From assembly GCA_037440105.1 (NCBI GenBank), contig JBBIUS010000001.1, positions 28,945 through 92,944 of the forward strand: a DNA stretch of 64,000 nt, in the 5' to 3' direction. Position numbers and translations under genes: made by a program. This document shows, piece by piece, positions 15,328 to 24,147 of this stretch (the first letter of the stretch is position 1; each line of letters starts with the position of its first letter). The stretch is from Candidatus Falkowbacteria bacterium (GTDB lineage: Bacteria; Patescibacteriota; Patescibacteriia; XYB2-FULL-38-15). The notes under the pieces were generated by a model. The model was not told the origin of the DNA. It saw only the letters and a list, made by a program, of their open reading frames with translations, and made no database searches.

Positions 15328-16848
15328 ATGACAATCGACGAACTGCTTCAAAAAATCAAGTCTTACAATCCAAACGCTGATTTAGATTTAATCAGGTTGG
15401 CCTATGAATACGCTAAAAAAGCACACGGCGCCCAAAAGAGACTTTCTGGGAAACCATACATCGCTCACCCTCTAGCAACAGCTTTTAATCTGGCGGAAAT
15501 GAAATTAGATCAAGATGTTATTATTGCCGGACTTTTGCATGATGTTCCAGAAGAGACAAGCCCTCAAAATCCTGAATTGTCATTAAAAGATATCAAGCAC
15601 AACTTTGGCGAAGAGGTGGCTTTTTTAGTCCGCGGCATTACCAAACTCGGCAAGATTAAATACCGCGGTATGGAGCGCTACCTTGAAAACCTTCGTAAAA
15701 TGTTTATTGCCATGGCTGAGGACATTAGAGTAATTCTAATAAAATTTGCCGACCGGCTGCATAACCTTGAAACTTTAGAATTTTTACCGCCCAAAAAACA
15801 AAAACGCATTGCCCTTGAAACGCTTGAAATTTATGCTCCGATTGCCAACCGCTTAGGCATGGGAGAAATTAAAGGACGCCTTGAAGATGAATCTTTCAAG
15901 TATCTCTATCCAAAAGAATATGAATGGCTAAAAAAAGAAGTAACGCCAAAATATAAAGAAAAAGAAGAGTATTTAAAAAAAATAAAAGTAAAACTTTTAA
16001 AAACAATCACTCGGTCTCCTTTGGGCTACGACCTTTCAAGTCAGCCTCTTTCAAATGAAGGGTCAAGGGGAATAAAAATATATTCAATCCATGGTCGGAC
16101 AAAACGTCTTTGGAGCATTTACAAAAAATTAAAACAGCGCGGGAATAAGGATCTATCAAAAATTTATGATCTAGTCGCTCTTCGCGTTATTACTGAAACA
16201 GTTGCTGAATGCTACGCGATTTTAGGAATTATTCATCAACTCTGGAAACCGCTCAAAGGGAGAATTAAAGACTATATTGCTCAACCAAAACCAAATGGCT
16301 ATCAATCACTGCATACTACTGTCTTCTGCGATGACGGAGAAATTATTGAATTCCAAATCAGAACAAAAAAAATGCACGAAAAAGCAGAATACGGTATCGC
16401 CGCCCATTGGTATTACGAAGAACGCGGCTCAACAAAACCGGTAGATAAAAATTTAAAATGGGTAAACGAACTAACCAAATGGAAAAAAGAATTTGAAGAA
16501 AATAGACAATACCTCGAAACATTAAAAATTGATGTTTTTCAAAACAGGATATTTGTTTTTACCCCAAAAGGCGATGTCATTGACCTGCCGGAAAACTCAA
16601 CAGCCATTGATTTTGCTTATGCAGTACATACTGATCTCGGCAATAAATGTGTTGGCGCCAAAATTAACGATCAAATGGCCAGTTTAGACACAAAACTTTT
16701 AAACGGGGACATGGTTGAAATTTTGACTGACAAAAACCGAAAAGCGCCGTCTGTTGACTGGCTAAAATTTGCTAAAACAAGCAACGCTCGCCACAAAATA
16801 AGAAGTTGTCTTAGGAAATCAAAAATACAAATCGGCAATAAAAAATGA
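15328..16848 (+). CDS. RelA/SpoT homolog (HD hydrolase + synthetase + TGS; no ACT/RRM domain)
   Basis: HPLATA, LLHDVPEET, RTKRLWSIYKK, YDLVALRVI, YIAQPKPNGYQSLHTTV, EFQIRT, VFTPKGDVIDLP. Start ATG 15328. Confidence 0.93.
   Translation: MTIDELLQKIKSYNPNADLDLIRLAYEYAKKAHGAQKRLSGKPYIAHPLATAFNLAEMKLDQDVIIAGLLHDVPEETSPQNPELSLKDIKHNFGEEVAFLVRGITKLGKIKYRGMERYLENLRKMFIAMAEDIRVILIKFADRLHNLETLEFLPPKKQKRIALETLEIYAPIANRLGMGEIKGRLEDESFKYLYPKEYEWLKKEVTPKYKEKEEYLKKIKVKLLKTITRSPLGYDLSSQPLSNEGSRGIKIYSIHGRTKRLWSIYKKLKQRGNKDLSKIYDLVALRVITETVAECYAILGIIHQLWKPLKGRIKDYIAQPKPNGYQSLHTTVFCDDGEIIEFQIRTKKMHEKAEYGIAAHWYYEERGSTKPVDKNLKWVNELTKWKKEFEENRQYLETLKIDVFQNRIFVFTPKGDVIDLPENSTAIDFAYAVHTDLGNKCVGAKINDQMASLDTKLLNGDMVEILTDKNRKAPSVDWLKFAKTSNARHKIRSCLRKSKIQIGNKK
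16011..16072. repeat. GC-richer imperfect palindrome lying in frame inside the RelA/SpoT gene
   Basis: GACCTTTCA (16030-16038) pairs with TGAAGGGTC (16056-16064) over 9 bp including one G-U. It encodes TRSPLGYDLSSQPLSNEGSRG, at a spot where homologs I recall have only a short linker. Confidence 0.5.
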
Positions 16849-16986
16849 CGCAAAGCGTCAATAAATGAAAATAAACAACAAAATTTTAACTCGCTTCCTG
16901 GCGCAGTTAATAACAAATCGTTCTCCACTGTTACGGCATCACTTTTTTAAATTAATAAACGAAACCTAATTATCCTCAGCCAAAAA

Positions 16987-17862
16987 TTATCTTTTTAAAA
17001 TCTTCTTAATTATTCCATTAAATTCCTCTTCGCTAAAAAAATTGATTATAATTTTGCCGCAGCCGGCTCTTTTTTTTATTTCAACTTTAGTCCCTAAATG
17101 TTCGCGGAGAGCTTCTTCTTTCGACAAAATCAATGGGTCTGTTTTTATTTTGCCATGCCTTTCTTTTATTTTCTTGACCCCTCTTTCTATCTCTCTTACT
17201 GATAAATAATTACTTAAAATCTTTTTCAAGAATTTGAGTTGCGCTCTTTCATCTTTTAGGCCTAAAATGGCCCGCGCCTGCCCTTCATTAATCTCACGAT
17301 TTAGCAGCGCTTTTTTAACTTCTCCAGGCAGATTCTGTAAACGCAAAATATTTGAAACAGAAGATCGGCTCAGGCCTATTTTTTGCGCGATCTGTTCCTG
17401 CGTCAAATTAAACTCGTCGATTAATTTTTGAAAAGCGTAAGCTTTTTCCAAAGGATTCAAATCTTCTCGCTGAATATTTTCGATCAAAGCCATTTCTAAT
17501 TTTTCTTGTTCTCTTGCTTTTCTCACAATAACAGGAACGGTTCTCAAATTTAAAAGTCGAGCCGCCCTTAGCCGCCTTTCTCCAGCAATAAGTTCATAAT
17601 CATCTTCCCCTACTTTAGTAACTATCAAAGGTTGAATAATTCCGTACTCTCGGATTGATTTAACTAATTCTTCAAGGTTTTGAGCATTAAAATTTTGTCT
17701 AGGTTGTTTTGGATTTGACCGAATTCTGCCGGTTGGGAGATTAATGACTTTTTCAATAAAACTGTCGCCTAATCCTAAACCTCGCTCAATTTTTTGAGGA
17801 GAATCTTTTGAAATTTTTGACGGAATAAGAGAATTTAATCCCCGACCTAAACCAAAAGGCAT
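16987..17862 (-). CDS. parB: Chromosome partitioning protein ParB
   Basis: GIIQPLIV, YELIAGERRLRAA, HTH LTQEQIAQKIGLSRSSVSN. Confidence 0.93.
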   Translation of the reverse strand: MPFGLGRGLNSLIPSKISKDSPQKIERGLGLGDSFIEKVINLPTGRIRSNPKQPRQNFNAQNLEELVKSIREYGIIQPLIVTKVGEDDYELIAGERRLRAARLLNLRTVPVIVRKAREQEKLEMALIENIQREDLNPLEKAYAFQKLIDEFNLTQEQIAQKIGLSRSSVSNILRLQNLPGEVKKALLNREINEGQARAILGLKDERAQLKFLKKILSNYLSVREIERGVKKIKERHGKIKTDPLILSKEEALREHLGTKVEIKKRAGCGKIIINFFSEEEFNGIIKKILKR

Positions 17863-17880
17863 AAAATTACAAATTACAAA

Positions 17881-18648
17881 TTACAAATTTCCAGATTCTA
17901 ATATCTCCCAAGCTAATCTTTCGTAGGCTTTTGCCCCTTTGCTTTTCGCGTCATAATCCAAAATTGTTTTCCCAAAAGAAGGAGCCTCAGCCAGCCGAAC
18001 ATTTCGCGGAATAACTGAACGAAAGATTTTATTTGGGAAATATTGATATAGATCTTTGAAAACTGCTTCTGAAAGTCCTACTCGACCATCGTACATAGTT
18101 ACTACTGCTCCTAAAATTTTTAAATCCGCTTTTAAGTTTTCCTGAACTAAATTAATTGTGTTTAAAAGTTGCCCTAATCCCTCGAGCGCGTAATACTCTG
18201 CCTGAACAGGGATAATAACAAAATCAGCAGCCACTAAACCATTGATTGTCAAAAGACCAAGCGATGGAGGACAATCAATAATAATATAATCATAATCATT
18301 GCGAACCTCAAGCAATGCGTCATAAAGTTTGAATTCCCTTCTTTCTAAATTGACAAATTCAATGTTTGCTCCGGCAAGCGAGATTGTAGCAGGGGCAACT
18401 TTATAACCTTGGATTGACGTATTTTTAATTATACTCTTAAAAGGAACACTGCCGTTTAAGGCTTCATATATGCCTGCTTCAAGATTTTGATGGTCAATTC
18501 CAAAACCTGATGTTGCATTTGCTTGGGGGTCTAAATCAACTAAAAGAACAAATTTTCCTAAAAACGCTAAATAAGCGCCAAGATTTATGGCTGTTGTTGT
18601 TTTCCCTACCCCTCCCTTCTGATTTACTACTGCTATTATTTGCGCCAT
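17881..18648 (-). CDS. parA: Chromosome partitioning ATPase ParA/Soj
   Basis: Deviant Walker A NQKGGVGKTTT, DLDPQANAT, IIDCPPSLG. The stop and spacer consist of TTTGTAA repeated three times. Confidence 0.94.
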   Translation of the reverse strand: MAQIIAVVNQKGGVGKTTTAINLGAYLAFLGKFVLLVDLDPQANATSGFGIDHQNLEAGIYEALNGSVPFKSIIKNTSIQGYKVAPATISLAGANIEFVNLERREFKLYDALLEVRNDYDYIIIDCPPSLGLLTINGLVAADFVIIPVQAEYYALEGLGQLLNTINLVQENLKADLKILGAVVTMYDGRVGLSEAVFKDLYQYFPNKIFRSVIPRNVRLAEAPSFGKTILDYDAKSKGAKAYERLAWEILESGNL

Positions 18649-18685
18649 AAATTATAGAAATTCTTCAAATCAAGAGTAAAAAAAT

Positions 18686-18785
18686 TAGTTTCTATAAATT
18701 TCTATAAATTTCTATGAGTTTCAGAAACTCGTAAAAACTCGCTTCGCCACGCTTAGCGTGGTTTCGCGAAACTGATAGAAACTTA
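18686..18785. repeat. Word-hairpin spacer (GTTTC / GAAAC words) upstream of parA, with two short palindromes
   Basis: agtttctataaatttctataaatttctat ... GAGTTTCaGAAACTC (18716-18730) ... ccacgcttagcgtgg ... GTTTCGCGAAAC (18761-18772) ... atagaaact. Confidence 0.65.
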
Positions 18786-18870
18786 TTGCCCACTAAAAAG
18801 GTTAATTTATTGTATCAAAATATTGATTTTTTGACAATAATGTATTAAAATATAATTGAATTAAAATTAT

Positions 18871-18954
18871 GCCGCGGTGGCGGAATTGGTAGACGCGCAC
18901 GACTCAAAATCGTGTGGGGGAAACTCCATGAGAGTTCGATTCTCTCCCGCGGCA
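18871..18954 (+). tRNA. tRNA-Leu (anticodon CAA), class II with long variable arm
   Basis: GCCGCGG..CACGA CTCAAAA TCGTG, variable arm, GAGAG TTCGATT CTCTC CCGCGGC A. Confidence 0.9.
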
Positions 18955-18970
18955 TTTAAAAGAAGTTCAT

Positions 18971-19042
18971 CGCGGGGTGGAGAAGTAGCATCTCGCCTGG
19001 CTCATAACCAGGAGATCGCCGGTGCAAATCCGGCCCCCGCAA
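18971..19042 (+). tRNA. tRNA-Met, initiator-like (anticodon CAT), with atypical D and T loops
   Basis: CGCGGGG / CCCCGCA gives a C1xA72 mismatch, and A11:U24 is present; both are bacterial initiator marks. The D loop AGTAGCA lacks GG and the T loop is TGCAAAT (G at position 55). Confidence 0.75.
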
Positions 19043-19206
19043 TTAGTTGAACCTCGATCTTTAATGGTTTTGTTTTAACGCCGATTAACGCCGAGGCCTC
19101 CTGTACCGCAGTGGTAATAGCACAATTAACTTGTCGGCCTGACGCTGAAAAACGCAGACGATAGAAAGTGCCATTTCAGCATAATGCGTCGAGAACGTCG
19201 GGACGA

Positions 19207-19226
19207 CAAATCCGGCCCCCACAATT
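19207..19226 (+). repeat. Direct repeat of the initiator tRNA 3' end (19/20 identical to 19025-19044)
   Basis: caaatccggcccccRcaatt occurs at 19025-19044 and at 19207-19226. Weaker similarity extends ~15 nt further upstream. Confidence 0.8.
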
Positions 19227-19258
19227 TAACAAATCCGAATTCCGAAATCCGAAATAGA

Positions 19259-19332
19259 GCCTGGGTAGCTCAGTTGGTTAGAGCATGGGATTCATAAACC
19301 CAAGGTCGTCGGTTCGATCCCGACCCCAGGCA
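19259..19332 (+). tRNA. tRNA with CAT anticodon (elongator Met or lysidine-modified Ile2; not distinguishable by eye)
   Basis: GCCTGGG TA GCTC AGTTGGTTA GAGC A TGGGA TTCATAA ACCCA AGGTC GTCGG TTCGATC CCGAC CCCAGGC A. Confidence 0.85.
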
Positions 19333-19464
19333 TTTTAGCATGACTGCGAAACAGGTTATATAATTTGCAGCAAAAAGCAGAATATTTTAAAAATTTGATA
19401 ACAAACGGTTTTATTCTAAAAAACAAACTTTACATTACCGTTACATAACAAACAAATTTAAATT

Positions 19465-19926
19465 ATGCTTCTTACTGTCCATGCCGCGGCTGGCATTCTT
19501 ATAAGCCAACAAATTAATAATCCTCTAATAACCTTTCTCGCTGCTTTTGGTTCACATTTTCTTTTAGACATTATCCCCCATGGAGATAGTGATTGGATGG
19601 AAGAATATCAAAGCAAAAATAAAACATCCAAAATAAAAAGGATAATTACTATTATCATTGTTGATGTTTTTGCTTTGATGGCCTTGTTTTTTATAGCTTA
19701 TTTTCACTACAAAAAAATGGGCTCAGGTTTAAATGTTTTTGTCGGCATTTTAGGAGCTGTTCTGCCAGACATGATTGTCGGCCTTTACGAATCTACAAAA
19801 ACCATTGGCAAACGTTTTTGTCGACTTCATTTTCTTTTTCATGACCTTTTAAGATTCCATTTACCCTTGAACCAAGGGCTCTTTTTGCAAGTCGTTATTC
19901 TTGCTATTTTACTTTTATCTTTATAG
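19465..19926 (+). CDS. Small multi-pass membrane protein, possibly DUF457/YdjM-like metal-dependent hydrolase
   Basis: 153 aa, 4-5 hydrophobic helices, N-terminal H..G....SHFLLDIIPHGD pattern. The family assignment is tentative. Confidence 0.6.
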   Translation: MLLTVHAAAGILISQQINNPLITFLAAFGSHFLLDIIPHGDSDWMEEYQSKNKTSKIKRIITIIIVDVFALMALFFIAYFHYKKMGSGLNVFVGILGAVLPDMIVGLYESTKTIGKRFCRLHFLFHDLLRFHLPLNQGLFLQVVILAILLLSL

Positions 19927-19934
19927 AACTCAAA

Positions 19935-19970
19935 ATAAAAATACCCGGCAATTGCCGGGTATTTTTATTT
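19935..19970. terminator. Bidirectional intrinsic terminator between convergent genes
   Basis: Perfect palindrome atacccggcaattgccgggtat (19941-19962), flanked by an A run and a T run. Confidence 0.8.
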
Positions 19971-19983
19971 TAAAAAATTGTTA

Positions 19984-21180
19984 TTATAAAACTGATTCGT
20001 AAACTTTTATTGTTTCTTTTGCGCATTTCTCCCAACTAAACTTTTTAGCCTGCGCTAATCCCTTTTTGCTTAACTCCTTTCTTAAATTTTGGTCAGCCAA
20101 AACTTTTTTCAATGCTTTAGAAATTTCATCAATTTTATTAGGATTTATTAAAATCGCCGCTTCTCCTGCCACTTCAGGCAAAGAAGAAACATTTGAAGTA
20201 ATAGTTGGTACCCCTAAACTCAAAGCCTCGAGGACTGGCAAACCAAAACCTTCATAAAATGAGGGGAAAACAAAACAAGTCGCAAATCTTATTAGAGAAA
20301 ATTTATCTTTGGCTGGGACATAGCCAATATATTTTACAATTTCTTTAGATATTTTTTTAGTTCGGTTAATTTCTGCAAAAATATTTTCATATTTCCATCC
20401 TTTTGCTCCCGCAATAACTAATTGATAATTCTGTTTTATCTTTTTATCGCTCTTGGCTAAATCCAAAAAAGCCTTAATTAATGCGAGAATATTTTTTCGA
20501 GGTTCAATTGTCCCTAAAAATAAAATATAATCATCTCTTAACCCATATTTTGATTTTAAATCTATTTCACAAATTTGATTCTCGACACCGCATGTTTCCT
20601 CACCTCTTTGGGGAAAAATTCTTTTTTCCACGCCTTCATAAATAACCTTAATTTTTTCTCCAGGAATCTTAAAAATTTCTTGAATGTCTTTTTTTGTATT
20701 TTCCGAGACAGCAATGATTTTATTTGCCTTTTTTAAACTTTGCGGCACTGAAATTTTTGTTGAAAAAAATTGACTAACAAATTTCTTAGGAAACCATTCA
20801 GGATGTTTAAAAATTGCCAGGTCATGAACAGTTACCACAGTTTTGCCAGAATACATTAAAGGAAAAGAGTAAGCAGGAGAATGATAGACATCGAGTTTTT
20901 CTCTGCCAATCGCCGCAGCGACTAATATATGAGAATACCAAAATGGTAAATAATGTTTATAAAGATGAAATGGGAAAAATTTGACTGAGGCATTTTTATT
21001 TTCTTCAATCAATTTTTCTGCCGCTTCTTTTGAAATTAAATTATCAAAAAATAACACATACTCATTTTCTTTATCAACTTTTAATAAATTTTTAATTAAA
21101 AAATAAGTATAGTGGCCTATACCTGCTTGTTCTCCATAACCCGGATTTAAAATTGTCCGACAGTCAATTCCCACGCGCAT
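19984..21180 (-). CDS. Glycosyltransferase, GT-B fold (GT4-like)
   Basis: 398 aa. C-terminal EPRKN and FPSFYEGFGLPVLEALSLGVP motifs. Confidence 0.88.
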   Translation of the reverse strand: MRVGIDCRTILNPGYGEQAGIGHYTYFLIKNLLKVDKENEYVLFFDNLISKEAAEKLIEENKNASVKFFPFHLYKHYLPFWYSHILVAAAIGREKLDVYHSPAYSFPLMYSGKTVVTVHDLAIFKHPEWFPKKFVSQFFSTKISVPQSLKKANKIIAVSENTKKDIQEIFKIPGEKIKVIYEGVEKRIFPQRGEETCGVENQICEIDLKSKYGLRDDYILFLGTIEPRKNILALIKAFLDLAKSDKKIKQNYQLVIAGAKGWKYENIFAEINRTKKISKEIVKYIGYVPAKDKFSLIRFATCFVFPSFYEGFGLPVLEALSLGVPTITSNVSSLPEVAGEAAILINPNKIDEISKALKKVLADQNLRKELSKKGLAQAKKFSWEKCAKETIKVYESVL

Positions 21181-21186
21181 ATAAAT

Positions 21187-22146
21187 CTACCATTTATAAT
21201 TCTCAAACGTCCAAAATGTTAGACCCTTTGCTTCTTGAAACCTATCTTCTATTGTATTGCTTCCCAAAACTACAACAATTATTCTATGACCATTATTTTG
21301 AACCTCTATGGCTAAATTATATTTTGCTTCTTCTAAATAGCCAGTTTTGCCTCCAATAATTTTATACGGCGGCTCATTTAAAAAACTCCAAAGTAATTCA
21401 TTAGTATTTTTAACATAATATTTTTTTTCAATATTTTGTGGACTAAAAACATATTTCCTTTTAACAGTCGCCTCTCTAATCTCATCTTTATCTAATGCAA
21501 GAGAAAGTAACTTTGCTACTTCAAGAGCAGTAGAAACATTGGCAGGTTCTAAACCGGCTGGATCAACAAAAAAAGTATTTTTTAAACCTAATGCCTGCGC
21601 TTTTTGATTCATTTTTGCAACAAATTCTTCCTGGCTTAAACCAGTTGAACGAGCTAAAGCCAAAGCAGCATTATTTACTGAACCAACTAGCATCATATTG
21701 AATAAATCTTTTATTGTTAATTCTTCGCCAGCCCGCGCGTAAAAAATACCGCCTTCCTTTTCATCTTCCTTCAAGAGTTTAATCTTCTTTTCCCAGTTTG
21801 GATTTGTATCTAAAAAAACCAAGGCTGTCATTAATTTTGTTATACTGGCAATAGGAAGTTCATTCTCTATTTTTTTTTCGAATAAAACAGTGCCTGTTTC
21901 TTTGTCAAGCACAACCGCTGCTCTGGCAGTAGTTTCTATCCCTAAACTTCTGTTGCCTTCTATTTTCTCCGGCTCCTTTGCAGCCCCTCTAAGGGGGTCA
22001 GAAAAAATCTTGTCTCCTTCTATTTGCAAATCGACTTTCGCAATTTTTTCATTTTCTGAAAATAAATGCCACGCCGCAGTCTCCGGCGCCGAAACTATTT
22101 GCGGAATGATAAATATAATTAGGCTTAAAAATAATGAAAATATCAT
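21187..22146 (-). CDS. D-alanyl-D-alanine carboxypeptidase (peptidase S11 / low-MW PBP)
   Basis: Signal anchor, SxxK (ASITKLM), SxN (SVNNAA), KTG (GGKTGY). Confidence 0.88.
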   Translation of the reverse strand: MIFSLFLSLIIFIIPQIVSAPETAAWHLFSENEKIAKVDLQIEGDKIFSDPLRGAAKEPEKIEGNRSLGIETTARAAVVLDKETGTVLFEKKIENELPIASITKLMTALVFLDTNPNWEKKIKLLKEDEKEGGIFYARAGEELTIKDLFNMMLVGSVNNAALALARSTGLSQEEFVAKMNQKAQALGLKNTFFVDPAGLEPANVSTALEVAKLLSLALDKDEIREATVKRKYVFSPQNIEKKYYVKNTNELLWSFLNEPPYKIIGGKTGYLEEAKYNLAIEVQNNGHRIIVVVLGSNTIEDRFQEAKGLTFWTFENYKW

Positions 22147-22148
22147 AA

Positions 22149-22736
22149 TTAAATTTCATCCTTTTTTGATTCATTAGAAGAAGAGTTTTCTAAAATTTTT
22201 CTAAAGACATCGCTTTGAGAAAGTTTTTCATAGTCAGGCAATTCGCGGACATCTTTTATTCCTAGATAGCGCATAAAATTGAAAGTAATAATATAGCGCG
22301 GATTTTCATTATTTTTCTCTTCCACTTCCTCAATCAAACCTTTAATCATCAAATTTCTTAAAATTAAACTACAATTAACGCCACGGATCTGTTCGAGTTC
22401 TGGTTTAGAAATAGGCCCGCGGTAAGCAATGATTGTCAGCGTTTCAAGAGCAGGATGCGTTAATTCCCCTGTCATTTCGTCTTTTAGAAAAGACCGAACT
22501 AATTCAGCATTGCTCGGCGAAGTTGACATTTGGAAATTATTTGCTATTCTCATAATTTGAATTCCACCGCTTCTATTATCATACTCATCAATTAGTTCCT
22601 TAATAGCCTTCTCTACCTCATCAACTTTTTTACCAATAATTTGACTAATGTTTTTAAGGCTCAGCGGCCTTGAAGTAATAAAAAGTAAACTTTCAATTTG
22701 TGATTTTAGACTACGCATAGATAAAACCAAAGCCAA
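22149..22736 (-). CDS. scpB: Segregation and condensation protein B
   Basis: IESLLFITSRPLSL, LETLTIIAYRGPISKPELEQIRGV, tandem wHTH length. Confidence 0.9.
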   Translation of the reverse strand: MALVLSMRSLKSQIESLLFITSRPLSLKNISQIIGKKVDEVEKAIKELIDEYDNRSGGIQIMRIANNFQMSTSPSNAELVRSFLKDEMTGELTHPALETLTIIAYRGPISKPELEQIRGVNCSLILRNLMIKGLIEEVEEKNNENPRYIITFNFMRYLGIKDVRELPDYEKLSQSDVFRKILENSSSNESKKDEI

Positions 22737-22771
22737 AAAATAATTGGATTTTTTATTTTTGGTTTTAATTT

Positions 22772-23473
22772 TTAATTTAATTGCTCTCTCCTTTGTATAT
22801 TAATGTCTTTAAATACCCCGTCTTGTTGAACAGCAATGACTCTCTGTTTAACTAATTCTAATAATGCTAAAAAATTTACAATAACTTCAATTTTATCTTT
22901 TGCATTTTTAATTATTGAACTAAAACTCACCTCTATTTGCTTTTGAATCAAATTTTTAATTTGAGTAATACTTTCTTGGATTGAAATTGTTTTTTTCAAA
23001 ACCGCCTTAGGCAAATTAACGATCGGCTCTAAACTGACTAAAATTTCTCTTAAAGTCTTTTCAAGTTTGAATTTATTAAGCCATTTCGGCGGATTAAAAA
23101 TAATTTCTTTTCTTTGTATTGGCAGCCGATCATGAACATGGGTAAAATTTCTTTTCAAAATTATTTTATGAATTCTAGAAGAGGCCTCAAGATATTCTTT
23201 ATAAATTTTAAGCTGAGACTCAAGGTCACATCCTTCTCCCTCTTCTGGTCCAAGCATCGGTAAAAGTAATTTAGATTTAATCCATAAAAGTTTTGCCGCA
23301 ACTACTAAAAAATCAGCTAACTCGCCAGGGTCTTGAATTTCTTTTAAATGCTCAATATATTGATCGGTAACGCGGGCAAGAGAAATTTCTGAAATGTCAA
23401 GTTTTTGCTCCTCGATTAACCGAAGGAGCAAATCAAGGGGTCCTTCAAATTTTTCGAGTTTGACGGTGTACAT
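22772..23473 (-). CDS. scpA: Segregation and condensation protein A (kleisin)
   Basis: FEGPLDLLLRLIEEQKLDI. Start reassigned to ATG 23473, because the ORF-track start at 23623 overlaps the upstream gene. Confidence 0.88.
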   Translation of the reverse strand: MYTVKLEKFEGPLDLLLRLIEEQKLDISEISLARVTDQYIEHLKEIQDPGELADFLVVAAKLLWIKSKLLLPMLGPEEGEGCDLESQLKIYKEYLEASSRIHKIILKRNFTHVHDRLPIQRKEIIFNPPKWLNKFKLEKTLREILVSLEPIVNLPKAVLKKTISIQESITQIKNLIQKQIEVSFSSIIKNAKDKIEVIVNFLALLELVKQRVIAVQQDGVFKDINIQRREQLN

Positions 23474-23591
23474 TATTAGAGTAATTAGTGGGGCGAGCAT
23501 AGCGAGCCCATTGGTGAAATCCAAACCATGGATAGCGCTAATGGGCTTTGCACCGCGAATAACGCAAATGCCATAGAATACACGCTCTTTG

Positions 23592-24056
23592 CTATTTCTT
23601 TTTCCCAAAATCACCCAGCACACCCTTCACAGCCTTCAAAAAATTCTTTGCCGTCATTATTACTGAGTCTTCGTATGTCCCAGCATTGGCAATAATCTTC
23701 TTTGCCTTAAGAAGCGCCTTATCTATATAAACCGGCGTTTTATACAATTCGCCAAAAGGAGTAATAGCCCCCGGTTTAATTTTAAAAATTTTCTGCATCA
23801 CGTTTTCTTTAGCAATTTCTATTTTTTTAACTTTTAAAACTTTTTTCAATTTCCCTAAATCAAGTTTACGCGAGGCCGGTAAAATCACCAAAACATAAAT
23901 CTTATCAGCTTTTACTACTAATGTTTTAGCAACTTCGTTTAATTTTACTTTCAAAGTCTGCGCCAAATCGTAAGCAGTATAAACGGTTTTGTGCTTTATT
24001 GTTTTGTAGCCAACCTTTGCTTTGTCTAAATAGTTGAGAAGTTTTTTAGGAATCAT
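23592..24056 (-). CDS. YbaK/ProX-like aminoacyl-tRNA deacylase domain protein
   Basis: KTLVVKAD.IYVLVILPA..KLDL.KLKK, PGAITPFG. Start set at ATG 24056; the upstream ORF-track residues are encoded by repeat D. Confidence 0.8.
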   Translation of the reverse strand: MIPKKLLNYLDKAKVGYKTIKHKTVYTAYDLAQTLKVKLNEVAKTLVVKADKIYVLVILPASRKLDLGKLKKVLKVKKIEIAKENVMQKIFKIKPGAITPFGELYKTPVYIDKALLKAKKIIANAGTYEDSVIMTAKNFLKAVKGVLGDFGKKK

Positions 24057-24067
24057 ATTTATGTGAT

Positions 24068-24147
24068 ACGAATCAACGAATGAAATGCGAATCAACAAAT
24101 TCGCGAATTCGCATATTCGTAGATTCGTCTAAAATTATAGATTCGTA
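24068..24147. repeat. Word-hairpin spacer, family D (ACGAAT / ATTCGT words)
   Basis: acgaatcaacgaatgaaatgcgaatc / aacaa / attcgcgaattcgcatattcgtagattcgt. Confidence 0.7.

Noticed and set aside
16846-16848. Alternative genetic code (UGA reassigned), as in some candidate phyla
   Set aside because: TGA terminates the full-length RelA/SpoT homolog at this position. All conserved proteins have normal lengths under the standard code.
18825-18870. Sigma-70 promoter TTGACA ... TATAAT upstream of tRNA-Leu
   Set aside because: By my count the spacer is only 14 nt, outside the functional 16-18 range, so it is not called as a feature.
19043-19206. Integrated prophage or genomic island at the tRNA 3' end
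   Set aside because: Only ~165 nt lie between the direct repeats, and there is no integrase or other ORF. At most it is a relic, so it is reported as a finding rather than a mobile-element feature.
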